From contig JAUCBJ010002372.1 in the NCBI GenBank assembly GCA_032718475.1, forward strand, positions 1-36,424: 36,424 bases of DNA, in the 5' to 3' direction. The DNA is from Nemertoderma westbladi (lineage: Eukaryota > Animalia > Xenacoelomorpha). Shown here piece by piece: positions 1-11,357 of this stretch. The notes under the pieces were generated by a model. That model was not told the DNA's origin. It ran no database searches and saw only the letters and a list, made by a program, of their open reading frames with translations. How positions within the stretch are numbered: the first letter of the stretch is position 1; each line of letters opens with the position of its first letter. Position numbers and translations under genes: made by a program.

Positions 1-1211
1 GTAGCGGCCCCCTCCATATTTCTGTGTCGCATGACCTATTTCCATCCAAGGGTCTCGTTGTTCTTGCTCCTATCGGGGTATATTGTTGATATTGCGATGG
101 GGGAATGTCACCCTGTCCCCCCCCCCCCCCCCACCGGTATGTTTGGTACTGGGGTTGATGTTAATATATTGGGGCCCATGCACCTATCCGCAATAATTCC
201 CCCCTCCCCTGGGTATATGTTATGTCCTTGCATGCTGTAGTCATACTGCTGTACTGGTACCGGTATAGGCCTATCAGCTTCTGGCCTACCTGCCGGTATG
301 TACTCCGCGACTTCCGGGTTTAATTCCGTCGTCCGCGCTATCCTATCGCCTACATTATTCCTGTCAGCATGGCCTATGGTATGTGCAGTAAGGCCTACAG
401 TATGTCCTACAGTCTGTATGTGTTGCTCGGGATCGAAGTTTATTCTTCTCGAATAATCCTCCCCGCGGCTACCGTACTCTCGATCTGTAGGTATATCCCG
501 TCGGAAAGTTTCTCTTCGACCCCCTCTACTACTCTCGTCTTCGTGCCGGTACATCGCGTACCCCTCTCTCGACGCGTAACGCGTCTCGTCAGGTCGCGTC
601 TCTCCGGGACGACGGCAATCTCCCGAAGTTCGACCCCACCGACTCTCCCTTTCCATCTCGACCACCGACGGCTCGCTATCCGTCCTCGCTCTCCTGTCGT
701 TCGCGGCGATACTTCTTCTGCTGTCTTCTCTTCTTCTCCTCTCAGTGCAGTATTCCCGCTCATGAGATCTCTCGTCGACCTCCCGGTTAAACTCCACTGT
801 TCTTCTTCCCTCTTCTGATCGGGCTCGACGCTTCGTCCGCCCTCTCGCGACGTCAACCTGCCTCTCTCTGCTCGATCGCACGCCGCTGGGGATACTCGCA
901 ATCCCCCTATTACTCTCCGTCGCCGGGTGTTGCGGTTTACCTGATTCGGCCCGCGCATTATCCGCCGACGCCTGTGGGACACTCTCTGCCCCCCCCCCCC
1001 CCCCCCCCCCTCTCGCCACCTAACTTCTCGTTGTGGGGCTCCTGTAGCCCCCCCCCCCCCCCCCCCCCACTCGCCACATATCACACCGCTACCTCTTACT
1101 TCTCTTCTACACCCCTCTCCAGTCGACACAATATTTCTACTGCGGCTGGGTTCGCTTACCCCTGCCTCTCTCTCCACTACTACTTGGCCTATCGGGCCTA
1201 CTCCGGGTTGG

Positions 1212-1384
1212 CTCAACCCCGCCACCCCCTGCCTACTAACTACGTGGCCTACCAGGCCGCCGTCGGCTCGACTCAACCCCGCCACCTCCTGCCTACTAAC
1301 TACGTGGCCTACCAGGCCGCCGTCGGGTCGACTCAACCCCGCCACCTCCTGCCTACTAACTACGTGGCCTACCAGGCCGCCGTC
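1212..1384 (-). repeat. 60-bp tandem repeat (~3 copies) encoding a 20-aa repeat DGGLVGHVVSRQEVAGLSR(P/A)
   Basis: ctcaaccccgccacc(t/c)cctgcctactaactacgtggcctaccaggccgccgtc recurs at 1212, 1272 and 1332; a degenerate fourth unit lies at ~1150-1211. Confidence 0.9.
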
Positions 1385-2049
1385 TGTCGGGTTATACACG
1401 TCCGACGCGTTCGCGTTAATAGCACCTATATTAGAAACGGAATTATTTTGTTCGTTCGAAATAGAATCATTTGGATTATTTTGCGCGACTACACTATTTG
1501 AATTATTTTGTAAATTCGGGCTTGGATCATTATTTAAATTATTTGAGTTATTATTATTTTCTAAATTTAAATTATTATTCGGATTATTTTGCACGTTTAA
1601 ATTGAAATTATTATTTAGATTATTTGTATTTAAATTCAAATCACTACTACCAGGCAAAGTATTTCCTGCAATATAAGCTTGGTTAGGATTATCCAATACG
1701 GTACCATTAATATTAACGTCGTCTACTGTAGTATTATTATTACCCCCCCCCCCCCCCCGCCCGTACGGTCACACCAGTTTCGGGTCTGTCGTGCGGTCCC
1801 TGTAAGTGGGGTATTAATAAATATATCCACGGCCCTTGGCTCCTCGAAAATCTTCGAGTCAGCCTCGCTCTCAGACGCCCCTATCCGCGCCAGTTCCAGT
1901 TCGCGCGTACGTCTAGTTTTGTACTCTATAAGCTCGCCTTGCTGTCTTTCCAATTCTTTTCGCTCACGCTCCTCTCTTGCCATTCTCTCCCGACCCTCCC
2001 GTGCGTTCTGGTCGGCCAATTCCGCCTCTCTCCTAGCTCCCTCCCTTCG

Positions 2050-2220
2050 CCTCGCCTCACGCTCTTTACGCTCACTTTCCTCCCTCGCCTCACGTTCCTT
2101 GCGTTCATTTTCCTCTCTCGCCTCACGCTCCTTGCGTTCCGCCTCACGCTCTTTGCGTTCACTTTCCCGTCTCGCCTCACGCTCCTTGCGTTCACTTTTC
2201 TCTCTCGCCACACGCTCCTC
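2050..2220 (-). repeat. Imperfect 33/21-bp repeats encoding an ERKEREARxEx coiled coil
   Basis: cgcctcacgctc(c/t)ttgcgttc recurs; translation EKSERKEREARRESERKEREAERKEREAREENERKEREAREESERKERE. Confidence 0.8.
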
Positions 2221-2803
2221 TTGTTCCTTCCTCCCTATTTCCTCACACTCTCTAAGGCTTTTCGCGGCCCTTTCGGCCCTCTCTCCGGTTTCTCTAATCA
2301 GTACCATTTCCTTCTCTAGTTGCATTCTCCCCTCCTCTAACCGTCTATTTATCTCTCTCTGACCTTGCGCTATCAGGTCGAGATGGTACGTGGCATTTAT
2401 CTCTCTCACCCGTCTTTCTTTTACGGAGGATGTAGCAGACTTATCGGTTACGACGGATTCCCTCCGCCTTCCCGACCTACTAACTTTCCCCCTCTTCCCG
2501 GAACTTCCTCCGACCGACGAGATCGAATCCTCGGGGTCAACCTCGGATTCGCCCTCCTCAGGTCTCCTCCAACCCACTGATTTTATACCCTGGGCATCGA
2601 CTAAGTATGGCCCTACGTACACTGCACTAGGTTGCATACCCCATAAATGAGCATAAATTGCATAACCCCATCTACTGCAGTTACCGACTCAATCTAGCCC
2701 ACTGATTATATTACTAATATTACTTAATTACAATTATAAATATTTTGGTTATGTAAGATATGTGGCTGGCTATGGGTCCTGGTGTATATATTAGATTTTT
2801 TAA

Positions 2804-2839
2804 TGTTTGTTTGTTTGAATAAATTTGAATTGAATTGAA
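2804..2839 (+). mobile_element. Probable 3' tail of a third LINE/SINE family: AATAAA followed by (TTGAA)n
   Basis: tgtttgtttgtttgaataaatttgaattgaattgaa; a poly(A)-signal-like hexamer followed by a pentamer microsatellite is a common non-LTR 3' end. The 5' extent cannot be defined. Confidence 0.45.
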
Positions 2840-2894
2840 GGCAAAGGCTTGATACGCATCTGCAATAGAGATGATACACGCCCCACTCTGTCTA

Positions 2895-3130
2895 TACTGG
2901 ATGCTCCTCTACCAGTGTTAGGTAACCTAACCCAGGAGGCACACTTGGTTCAGGGTGTAACAAATGGACCCCTACAGTTTGCAGCAGGGCTGTAGGCCAT
3001 GGATAGGCGGAAGGTAATCAACCAACGGCTAGACATGCTGACAAGGTCGGCGGAAGGTAATCACCCAACGGCGACCTAATGCGAAGACGCTTGTAGGAGT
3101 TGCGACCACAAGCGGTTTACTCTCGCAACT
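2895..3130 (+). ncRNA. Structured 5' leader of LINE-A (hairpins, duplicated 22-nt motif, predicted H-type pseudoknot)
   Basis: Complementary pairs read by eye: actgg/ccagt, gttagg/cctaac, cctacag/ctgtagg, aggtcg/cgacct, cgcttgt(3088-3094)/acaagcg(3108-3114) with loop agttgcga(3098-3105) complementary to tcgcaact(3123-3130). Confidence 0.5.
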
Positions 3131-3137
3131 GAAAGAT

Positions 3138-6100
3138 ATGAGTATGAGAACCGTCCAGGAGAAATACCGGCTCGGTCGTCGGCCGGGTCAACAAGGACCG
3201 CGTCCCTAAGTGGTACACCATGCTGGGGTCGATAAATCGGCTACTGGAACAGAAGACAGAGAAGAAAGAAGAACCAACCTGTTGAAATGTAAAAATACAC
3301 TAAAGATTGCTACAATGAACGCACGCACGCTGAAAGCACATACCAAACAGGGTCACATGGTCGCTCTAGCAATGGAATATAACATCGACATCATTTGCAT
3401 CCAAGAACATCGGATTTGTCATGAAGACACTGCCATAAAGTACAATGACATTGGAAATGGATGGACATTAGTAACAAGCTCAGCAGTAAGAAACTCGGCC
3501 AATGCATCAATTGGAGGAGTAGGAATTCTGCTAAGCCCATTTGCACTTAAGACCCTAAACAACATCGAATCTATAAATTCCAGGGTTATGATCGCAACAT
3601 TTGATGGGAATTCCAAGACAACAGTAATATGTTGCTACAGTCCAACCAATGCCTCAGAGACAGAACAAGCAGTCAAGTTTTATGAAGATCTGACTGGACT
3701 TATAAAGGAAATTCCGAAACACAATGTTAAAGTCATTGCTGGTGACCTGAATGCGTAAATTGGCCCAGAAGACATCAAGGGTTACACCTATAACACCAGT
3801 TCTAACAGAAATGGGTACTTACTTTTAGATCTAATGGAAGAATGTGAATTGATACCAACAAACACCACATTCGAAAAGAGTAAGGGGAAGCTATGGACCT
3901 TTCAATACCCTAATGGAACCAAAGCACAACTGGATTACATCCTTATAAACAAAAAGATGAAAAGCATGATCAACTGCGAGGCATACAGCTCGTTCAACCT
4001 AATTGGTTCGGACCACAGAATTGTGACTGCAGAGATCAGACTCAGTTTGAGAGCCAGCAAACCCAGAACAAGCAAGCAAATCAACTATGACTGGGAGAAC
4101 CTCAGAACTGACAATGCAGTAAAGGATGCTTACACAGTAGAAGTTCAAAACCGCTTTGAAGCACTTCAGTCAATGGATGAAGACCAGTCCACCGATTCAA
4201 TATACCAGAATATAATAAAAGCCCACCCACAAGGAATCAGCTAAGAGGCATATCCCCTAAAAACCCAAACGAAAACAGTATGTGCCATGGCAAAACTCTG
4301 AAGTTACTTGTAAGAGAGAAGATCTTAAGATAGCCTACAAAGTAAAAACCGAATAACCAACAACCGAAAACATTAACAATAAGAATGCTAAGGGCGATCT
4401 TAAATTCGCCTACAATATCAGCCAGGAAAAGTACATACATGATAAAATTGAAGCAATTACAACTGATCACATACAGCAACAATCAAGACTTACCTGGCAA
4501 ACTGTAAATGAGGTATCTGGCTGGAAAAGTTGTGCAAATGGGAGCCTCAAAGCCGATAGTCCCGAAGAACGTGTTGGGAAGTGGAAAAATCACTTCAGCA
4601 ACTTGGTTGGGCAGTTACAAAACATCGCGGTCAGCCCTAAAAGGAAAATATATGACAAGACACTACTACCTATAGAGACAGGTGACTTCACACCTGCCGA
4701 ACTCCAAAGAAGCATTAAAAGCATGTCCACTAATAAAGCGAGTGGATTAGATGAAATCCCAGCGGAGGTATGGAAAACAGGAGTGCTAAACAGACCATTA
4801 TTGAATGTTTGCAACCGGATGTTAAAAGGGAAAAGCCACCACCAATTTGGACTAAAGGTCAACTAAAGCCTCTCCCCAAGAAAGGAGACCTCGGTATACC
4901 AACAAACTATCGTGGGATCTGTCTGCTTGTGGTAGCTGCCAAAATATACAATAAAATGATTCTATATAGGATTAGACCTTACATAGAGAAACTACTGCGT
5001 AAGAGCCAAAACGGATTTCGACCAAATAGATCAACAATAGCTCAGATACTTGCACTGCGGAGACTGATTGAAGGAATTAAGTCAAAGAATCTCCCCACAG
5101 TCATGACTTTTGTGGACTTCAAGAAGGCATTCGACTCCATCCATTGAGGTAAAATGCTTGAAATCCTAAGAGCTTATGGAATACCAGAAGTAATTGTTGC
5201 TGGCATTGGATTGTTATATTGTGACACAGAAGCACAGGTACTCTCTACTACTACTAGGATCGGCATGCTGCATTGCAGCTGTATTTTTAAGAATGCTGTG
5301 CTGGCTTATCGACAAAATTGCACCGCCACAACTCCCTATCACCCATGACATTTGCTAGATCATCCGCATCTTCAAGGCCAGTGTCCTTTAAGATGCGTCT
5401 CAAGAAAGTCATGGGCTGTCCACCATGCTTATTCACTCCATGAGGCTGCCAAAGTACAAGATTATGCACTGGCTGGTCCTCACGGCGAAAGCAATGTCCT
5501 GCAAAGCGGAGGCGATTTTGTTCTAGTGTCAAGCTTGGGGGAACCAATGATACACCTCCAATGTTATATAGTGTCTGGTTGGAGATGTGTGCATTGAACT
5601 TGACACAATGAACCCGGCGTGGCATTATTGTGAATGTGCCATCCAGAGATTTGGTGTCCTCAGCAGTTAGAGCCCAGCATGGACTCCCATAGAGGAGTAC
5701 TGGAACTACTGTTGCTCCAAATAACCGGACCTTAAGTTTCCGATTAATTCTCGGTGACTTCAATATCCTGGAAAGCCTATTCAAGGCTGCCCATGCCTTT
5801 CCCTTACGTGACTTCCGGATCCATGATCCCAGGTAGCAGAAGTCATCCACATGCTCAAGCATACCATCTATTGAGCTTATGCTCAACCGATCATAGACTT
5901 GCTGAGGACTTTCAAAGTTAACTGTCAAAATTTTGGTCTTTCTGGAGTTAATAAAAAGACCAACACTAGAAGCAGCATGTTCTAATGAGCTGAGGAGCCG
6001 TTGGGCTCCCTCTAGTGATTCTGAGAGTACTCCTAAGTCATCAGCAAAGTCTAGATCAGTTAGGTACTTGGCAGGATTTCCTCGACTTCTGGAGCCAGTA

Positions 6101-7691
6101 GGTGGAGTTATCATCACCCCATCATCATTATGATGATCTAAGGACATGCGTAGAACATAGTCAACAACAATTATGAACAAGAATAGTGGAAGTGTGTCTC
6201 CCTGTAGGACGCCCCATAACACTTCAAATGGTTCTGTGTCACCGTCAACAGTAGACACAAATGTTGTCGAACCATCGTATACTGATCTGATTGCTGCAAT
6301 AATTTCATCAGGAATCCCATATAATGAAAGTATGCTGAACATACGTGAGCGAGAGACTGAATCAAAGGCCTTGAAGAAGTCAACAAAGATAACAGCCAGA
6401 TGCCTGTCTTTCTTTTTTGATAACTCTTCAATTATCCTTCTAAATGCGAAAATGGGCTCCATGGTCCCACGACCTTTACGGAACCCATTCTGATTTCCAC
6501 GGAGCAGTCTCTCAATGGGATCCCTGATGCGATTTAATATAATTCTATTGTATAGCTTTGCAGCAATTGAGATCAATGAGATTCCCCGAAAAGAACCATA
6601 GAGTGTTAGGTTGCCCTTCTTGGGAACTGGCACCAACTTATTTGTTTTCATTTCTTGTAGGACACTTGTTGTTCGGGTAGATGAGCTTTAAACACTCAGG
6701 TATTTTAACGACAATTATTTTAACAAATATTTTAACTCAGGACGAGGTACTCTCACCAGATGGTGATACTGAGTTGTTCTCAATCCTGACTGGCGTACTG
6801 CAAGGTGACACATTAGCACCATTACTATTTGTAATTGTACTGGATTACGCAATGAGGACGGCCACAAAGGGTGAAGACCTGGGATTCACACTTCAAGAAC
6901 GCAGAAGTAGTAGATATCCGGCAACTACAGTCACACACACCGTCTTTGCGGATGATATCGCCCTGCTCTCTAATACCCTAGCAGATGCACAGCTTCTACT
7001 AAATAAAGTGGAGAGGGCTGCTAAGGAGGTTATACTGCATATAAATGCTTCAAAGACCGAATTCATGACCTTTAATGTTGATGGAAACTTGACAACCATT
7101 GATAATAATCAACTAAGGAAGGTCGACGACTTCCAGTATCTTGGATCATGGATAGAGAGTAGCAAAAAGGACATAGAAGTTAGGAAAGCAAAGGCTTGGG
7201 TAGCTCTATCAAAAATGGATACTATCTAGAATTCAGATCTCTCCAGGCACCTGAAGACTAAGTTCTTTCGAGCCACAGTGGAAAGTGTATTTTTATACGG
7301 GGGTGAGACCAGGACACTGACTAAATCACTTGAACAACGAATTTATGGTTGCTACACAAGACTACTAATGGCAGCCCTAAACATCAGCTGGAGACTACAC
7401 ATGACAAACGCAGAGCTTTATGGTACAATACCACCTGTATCAACCACCCTCCGTGAACAAACGCCGATTAAGATTCAGTGGGCACTGCTGGCGAAGTAAA
7501 GACGAGGTCATACCAGATCTACTTCTCTGGCAACCAACTCATGGAAAGCGTAGTCGTCGACGACCGGCTATACATATATAGATCAACTTGAAAGGGATAC
7601 TGAACTTGGGAGAAACGAAATTGCGACAACTATGGAGAATCGGGAAGCCTGGAAGGATCTCATTTGCACTATCCGAGTTCGCTCGACCTAG
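3138..7691 (+). pseudogene. APE endonuclease-reverse transcriptase pseudogene of LINE-A
   Basis: ATG 3138 is in frame with ORF 3210. In-frame stops at 3207, 3756, 5145 (SIH*GKM, likely CGA>TGA) and 7227 (likely TGG>TAG); frameshifts near 4230, 4830 and 7460; split by the LINE-B insertion between DTEAQVLS and PDGDTE. Confidence 0.9.
5246..6744 (-). mobile_element. LINE-B copy 1: 5'-truncated RTE-like retrotransposon (RT domain to 3' tail) nested antisense in LINE-A
   Basis: ORF 5287..6651(-) has PVPKKG, QNGFR, FVDFFKAFDSV, GVLQGD, FADD, YLGS; the tail reads tactactactagg on +; 10-bp TSD aggtactctc at 5236-5245 and 6745-6754; near-identical to 18152-19708 apart from substitutions, an 18-bp deletion (GEDLRI) and a ~20-bp deletion near its 5' end. 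Confidence 0.95.
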
Positions 7692-7903
7692 TAGTAGTAC
7701 CCAGTGCTAGTACACAAACTATAGGGAAGGCAACAGATGTGGGGTATCTAAGCAACAGCATTGTGACGTAATACCTGAAATCGATGCATTTTCCACCACC
7801 ATATTATAGTATATATCGGAGCAATCCTTATTATTGCCCAACTGCGTTTCAGTTAGATTAAATTCTTTAAGTATATGTGTGCCCCTGTCACTGTTGCTAT
7901 CAT

Positions 7904-7968
7904 TGTATACAAAGGGTAAAATATTTTTTTTCACGTCACTGCACGGTCAGCTTTACCCTTTGTATACA
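7904..7968. repeat. Perfect 17-bp inverted repeat with 31-nt spacer
   Basis: tgtatacaaagggtaaa (7904-7920) and tttaccctttgtataca (7952-7968). Confidence 0.85.
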
Positions 7969-10900
7969 GTTAGATTAAATGTTAATTTTTATATTTATGT
8001 TTAATTAATTAATACACATGGTCACTAATTGTGAATCCAGTTAATACTTGTTACTTGTTCTCATATGTATCTAATTGCTGCTATTATTACCCAACTGCCA
8101 CTATCCTATTGCTGCTATTATTACGCAACTGCTACTATCGTATTACTGCTACTATTACCCAACTGCCACTATCCTATTGCTGCTACTATTACCTAACTGC
8201 TACTATCCTATTGCAGCTATTATTACCCAACTGCTACTATCCTATTGCTGCTATTATTACCCAACTGCTACTATCCTATTACTGCTATTATTACACAACT
8301 GCCACTATCCTATTGCTGCTACTATTACCCAACTGCAACTATCCTATTGCTGCTACTATTACCCAACTGCTACTATCCTATTGCTGCTATTATTACCCAA
8401 CTGCCACTATCATATTGCTGCTATTATTACCCAACTGCTACTATCCTATTTCTGCTATTATTACCCAACTGCCTACTATCCTATTGCTGCTATTATTACC
8501 CAACTGCTACTATCCTATTGCTGCTATTATTACCCAACTGCTACTATCCTATTGCTGATATTATTACCCAACTGCTACTATCCTATTGCTGCTATTATTA
8601 CCCAACTGCTACTATCCTATTGCTGCTATTATTACCCAACTGCCTACTATCCTATTGCTGCTATTATTACCCAACTGCTACTATCCCATTTCTGCTATTA
8701 TTACCCAACTGCCTACTATCCTATTGCTGCTATTATTACCCAACTGCTACTATCCTATTGCTGCTATTATTTCCAAACTGCCACTATCCTATTGCTGCTA
8801 CTATTACCCAACTGCTACTATCCTATTGCTGCTACTATCCTATTGCTGCTATTATTACCCAACTGCTACTATCTATTGCTGCTACTATTACCCAACTGCT
8901 ACCATCCTATTTCTGCTATTATTACCGAACTGCCTAATATCCTATTGCTGCTATTATTACCCAACTGCTACTATCCTATTTCTGCTATTATTACCCAACT
9001 GCCTACTATCCTATTGCTGCTATTATTATCCAACTGCTACTATCCTATTGCTGCTATTATTACCCAACTGCTACTATCCTATTGCTGCTATTATTACCCA
9101 ACTGCCTACTATCCTATTTCTGCTATTATTACCCAACTGCCACTATCATATTGCTGCTATTATTACCCAACTGCTACTATCATATTGCTGCTACTATTAC
9201 CCAACTGCTACTATCCTATTGCTGCTATTATTACCCAACTGCCACTATCCTATTGCTGCTAGTATTACCCAACTTCTACTATCCTATTGCTGCTACTATT
9301 ACCCAACTGCTACTATCCTATTGCTGCTAGTATTACCCAACTGCTACTATCCTATTGCTGCTATTATTACCCAACTGATACTATCCTATTGCTGCTATTA
9401 TTACCCAACTGCCACTATCCTATTGCTGCTAGTATTACCCAACTTCTACTATCCTATTGCTGCTACTATTACCCAACTGATACTATCCTATTGCTGCTAT
9501 TATTACCCAACTGCTACTATCCTATTTCTGTTATTATTACCCAACTGCCACTATCCTATTGCTGCTATTATTACCCAACTGCCTACTATCCTATTGCTGC
9601 TATTATTACCCAACTGCCACTATCCTATTGCTGCTATTATTACCCAACTGCCACTATCCTATTGCTGCTATTATTACCCAACTGCCTACTATCCTATTGC
9701 TGCTATTATTACCCAACTGCTACTATCCTATTGCTGCTATTATTACCCAACTGCTACTATCCTATTGCTGCTATTATTCACCAACTGCCTACTATCATAT
9801 TGCTGCTATTATTACCCAACTGCCTACTATCCTATTTCTGCTATTATTACCCAACTGCCACTATCCTATTGCTGCTATTATTACCCAACTGCCACTATCC
9901 TATTGCTGCTAGTATTACCCAACTTCTACTATCCTATTGCTGCTACTATTACCCAACTGCTACTATCCTATTGCTGCTATTATTACCCAACTGATACTAT
10001 CCTATTGCTGCTACTATTACCCAACTGCTACTATCCTATTGCTGCTACTATTACCCTACTGCTACTATCCTATTTCTGCTATTATTACCCAACTGCCACT
10101 ATCCTATTGCTGCTATTATTACCCAACTGCTACTATCCTATTGCTGCTACTATTACCCAACTGCTACTATCCTATTGCTGCTATTATTACCCAACTGCTA
10201 CTATCCTATTTCTGTTATTATTACCCAACTGCCACTATCCTATTGCTGCTATTATTACCCAACTGCCTACTATCCTATTGCTGCTATTATTACCCAACTG
10301 CCACTATCATATTGCTGCTATTATTACCCAACTGCTACTATCCTATTGCTGCTATTATTACCCAACTGCCTACTATCCTATTGCTGCTATTATTACCCAA
10401 CTGCTACTATCCTATTTCTGCTATTATTACCCAACTGCTACTATCCTATTTCTGCTATTATTACCCAACTGCCACTATCCTATTGCTGCTATTATTACAC
10501 AACTGCTACTATCCTATTGCTGCTATTATTACCCAACTGCTACTATCCTATTGCTGCTTTATTACCCAACTGCCTACTATCCTATTTCTGCTATTATTAC
10601 CCAACTGCTACTATCCTATTTCTGCTATTATTACCCAACTGCCACTATCCTATTGCTGCTATTATTACCCAACTGCTACTATCCTATTGCTGCTATTATT
10701 ACCCAACTGCTACTATCCTATTGCTGCTATTATTACCCAACTGCTACTATCCTATTGCTGCTTTATTACCCAACTGCCTACTATCCTATTTCTGCTATTA
10801 TTACCCAACTGCTACTATCCTATTGCTGCTACTATTACCCAACTGCTACTATCCTATTGCTGCTACTATTACCCAACTGCTACTATCCTATTTCTGCTAT

Positions 10901-11333
10901 TATTACCCAACTGCTACTATCCTATTTCTGCTATTATTACCCAACTGCCACTATCCTATTGCTGCTATTATTACCCAACTGCTACTATCCTATTGCTGCT
11001 ATTATTACCCAACTGCTACTATCCTATTGCTGCTTTATTACCCAACTGCCTACTATCCTATTTCTGCTATTATTACCCAACTGCTACTATCCTATTGCTG
11101 CTATTATTACCCAACTGCTACTATCCTATTGCTGCTTTATTACCCAACTGCCTACTATCCTATTTCTGCTATTATTACCCAACTGCCACTATCCTATTGC
11201 TGCTATTATTACCCAACTGCTACTATCCTATTGCTGCTACTATTACCCAACTGCTACTATCCTATTGCTGCTATTATTACCAAACTGCTACTATCCTATT
11301 GCTGCTACTATTACCCAACTGCTACTATCCTAT

Positions 11334-11357
11334 TGCAGCATGCCGATCCTAGTAGTA
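11334..11357 (+). mobile_element. Ultra-short LINE-B 3'-end insertion, copy 1 of 7
   Basis: tgcagcatgccgatcctagtagta is identical to the LINE-B terminus (19679-19702) and is flanked by duplicated tatcctattgc (11326-11336, 11356-11366). Confidence 0.9.

Larger units (their letters stand above)
1..2637 (-). mobile_element. Putative Gag N-terminal region of an LTR retrotransposon (BEL/Pao-like); one long reading frame broken at poly-G tracts, running off the left edge
   Basis: ORFs 1723..2637, 440..1696 and 108..1019 can be joined by single frame changes inside G homopolymers (C runs on + at ~1743-1758, ~989-1010/1047-1068, ~117-132). Upstream of 1696 the second frame reads GNNNTTVDDVNINGTVLDNPNQ back to the G run; past ~117 a frame stays open (GQGDIPPSQYQQYTPIGARTTRPLDGNRSCDTEIWRGPL) to base 1. 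EVDPEDSISSVG followed by an S/R-rich stretch and an E/R coiled coil resembles BEL/Pao Gag N-termini (recognition only). No zinc knuckle, pol, LTR or PBS is visible in the window. Confidence 0.45.
2840..7699 (+). mobile_element. LINE-A: decayed near full-length non-LTR retrotransposon, single APE-RT ORF, RTE-like, (TAG)n tail
   Basis: APE motifs ATMNARTL, ICIQEHR, GGVGILL, YSPT, GDLNA, LDYIL, SDH; RT motifs KASGLDEIP, PKKGDL..NYRGI, QNGFR, FVDFKKAFDSIH, GVLQGDTLAP, FADD, FQYLGS; C-terminus IRVRST* (stop 7689-7691) runs directly into tagtagtagta. The 5' boundary is approximate and no TSD was found. Confidence 0.9.

Noticed and set aside
31-2650. Plus-strand ORFs (369..818, 974..1501, 1679..2362, 1939..2319 and others)
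   Set aside because: Shadows of the purine-rich minus-strand frame; low complexity and no domains.
2840-3140. Canonical HDV-like, hammerhead or twister ribozyme in the LINE-A leader
   Set aside because: I could not assemble the required nested helices or the CUGANGA/GAAA core by eye; kept only as an unclassified structured leader.
6681-6744. N-terminus MSFKHSGILTTIILTNILTQDE of ORF 6681..7229 as a real start
   Set aside because: It is antisense LINE-B sequence plus junction filler read into the LINE-A RT remainder.
7692-7720. Target-site duplication for LINE-A
   Set aside because: The sequence after the tail (cccagtgctagtac) has no convincing match near the 5' boundary at ~2840.
7719-7934. 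71-aa minus-strand ORF
   Set aside because: Short, non-ATG start, no recognisable motif; could be a fragment but is unsupported.
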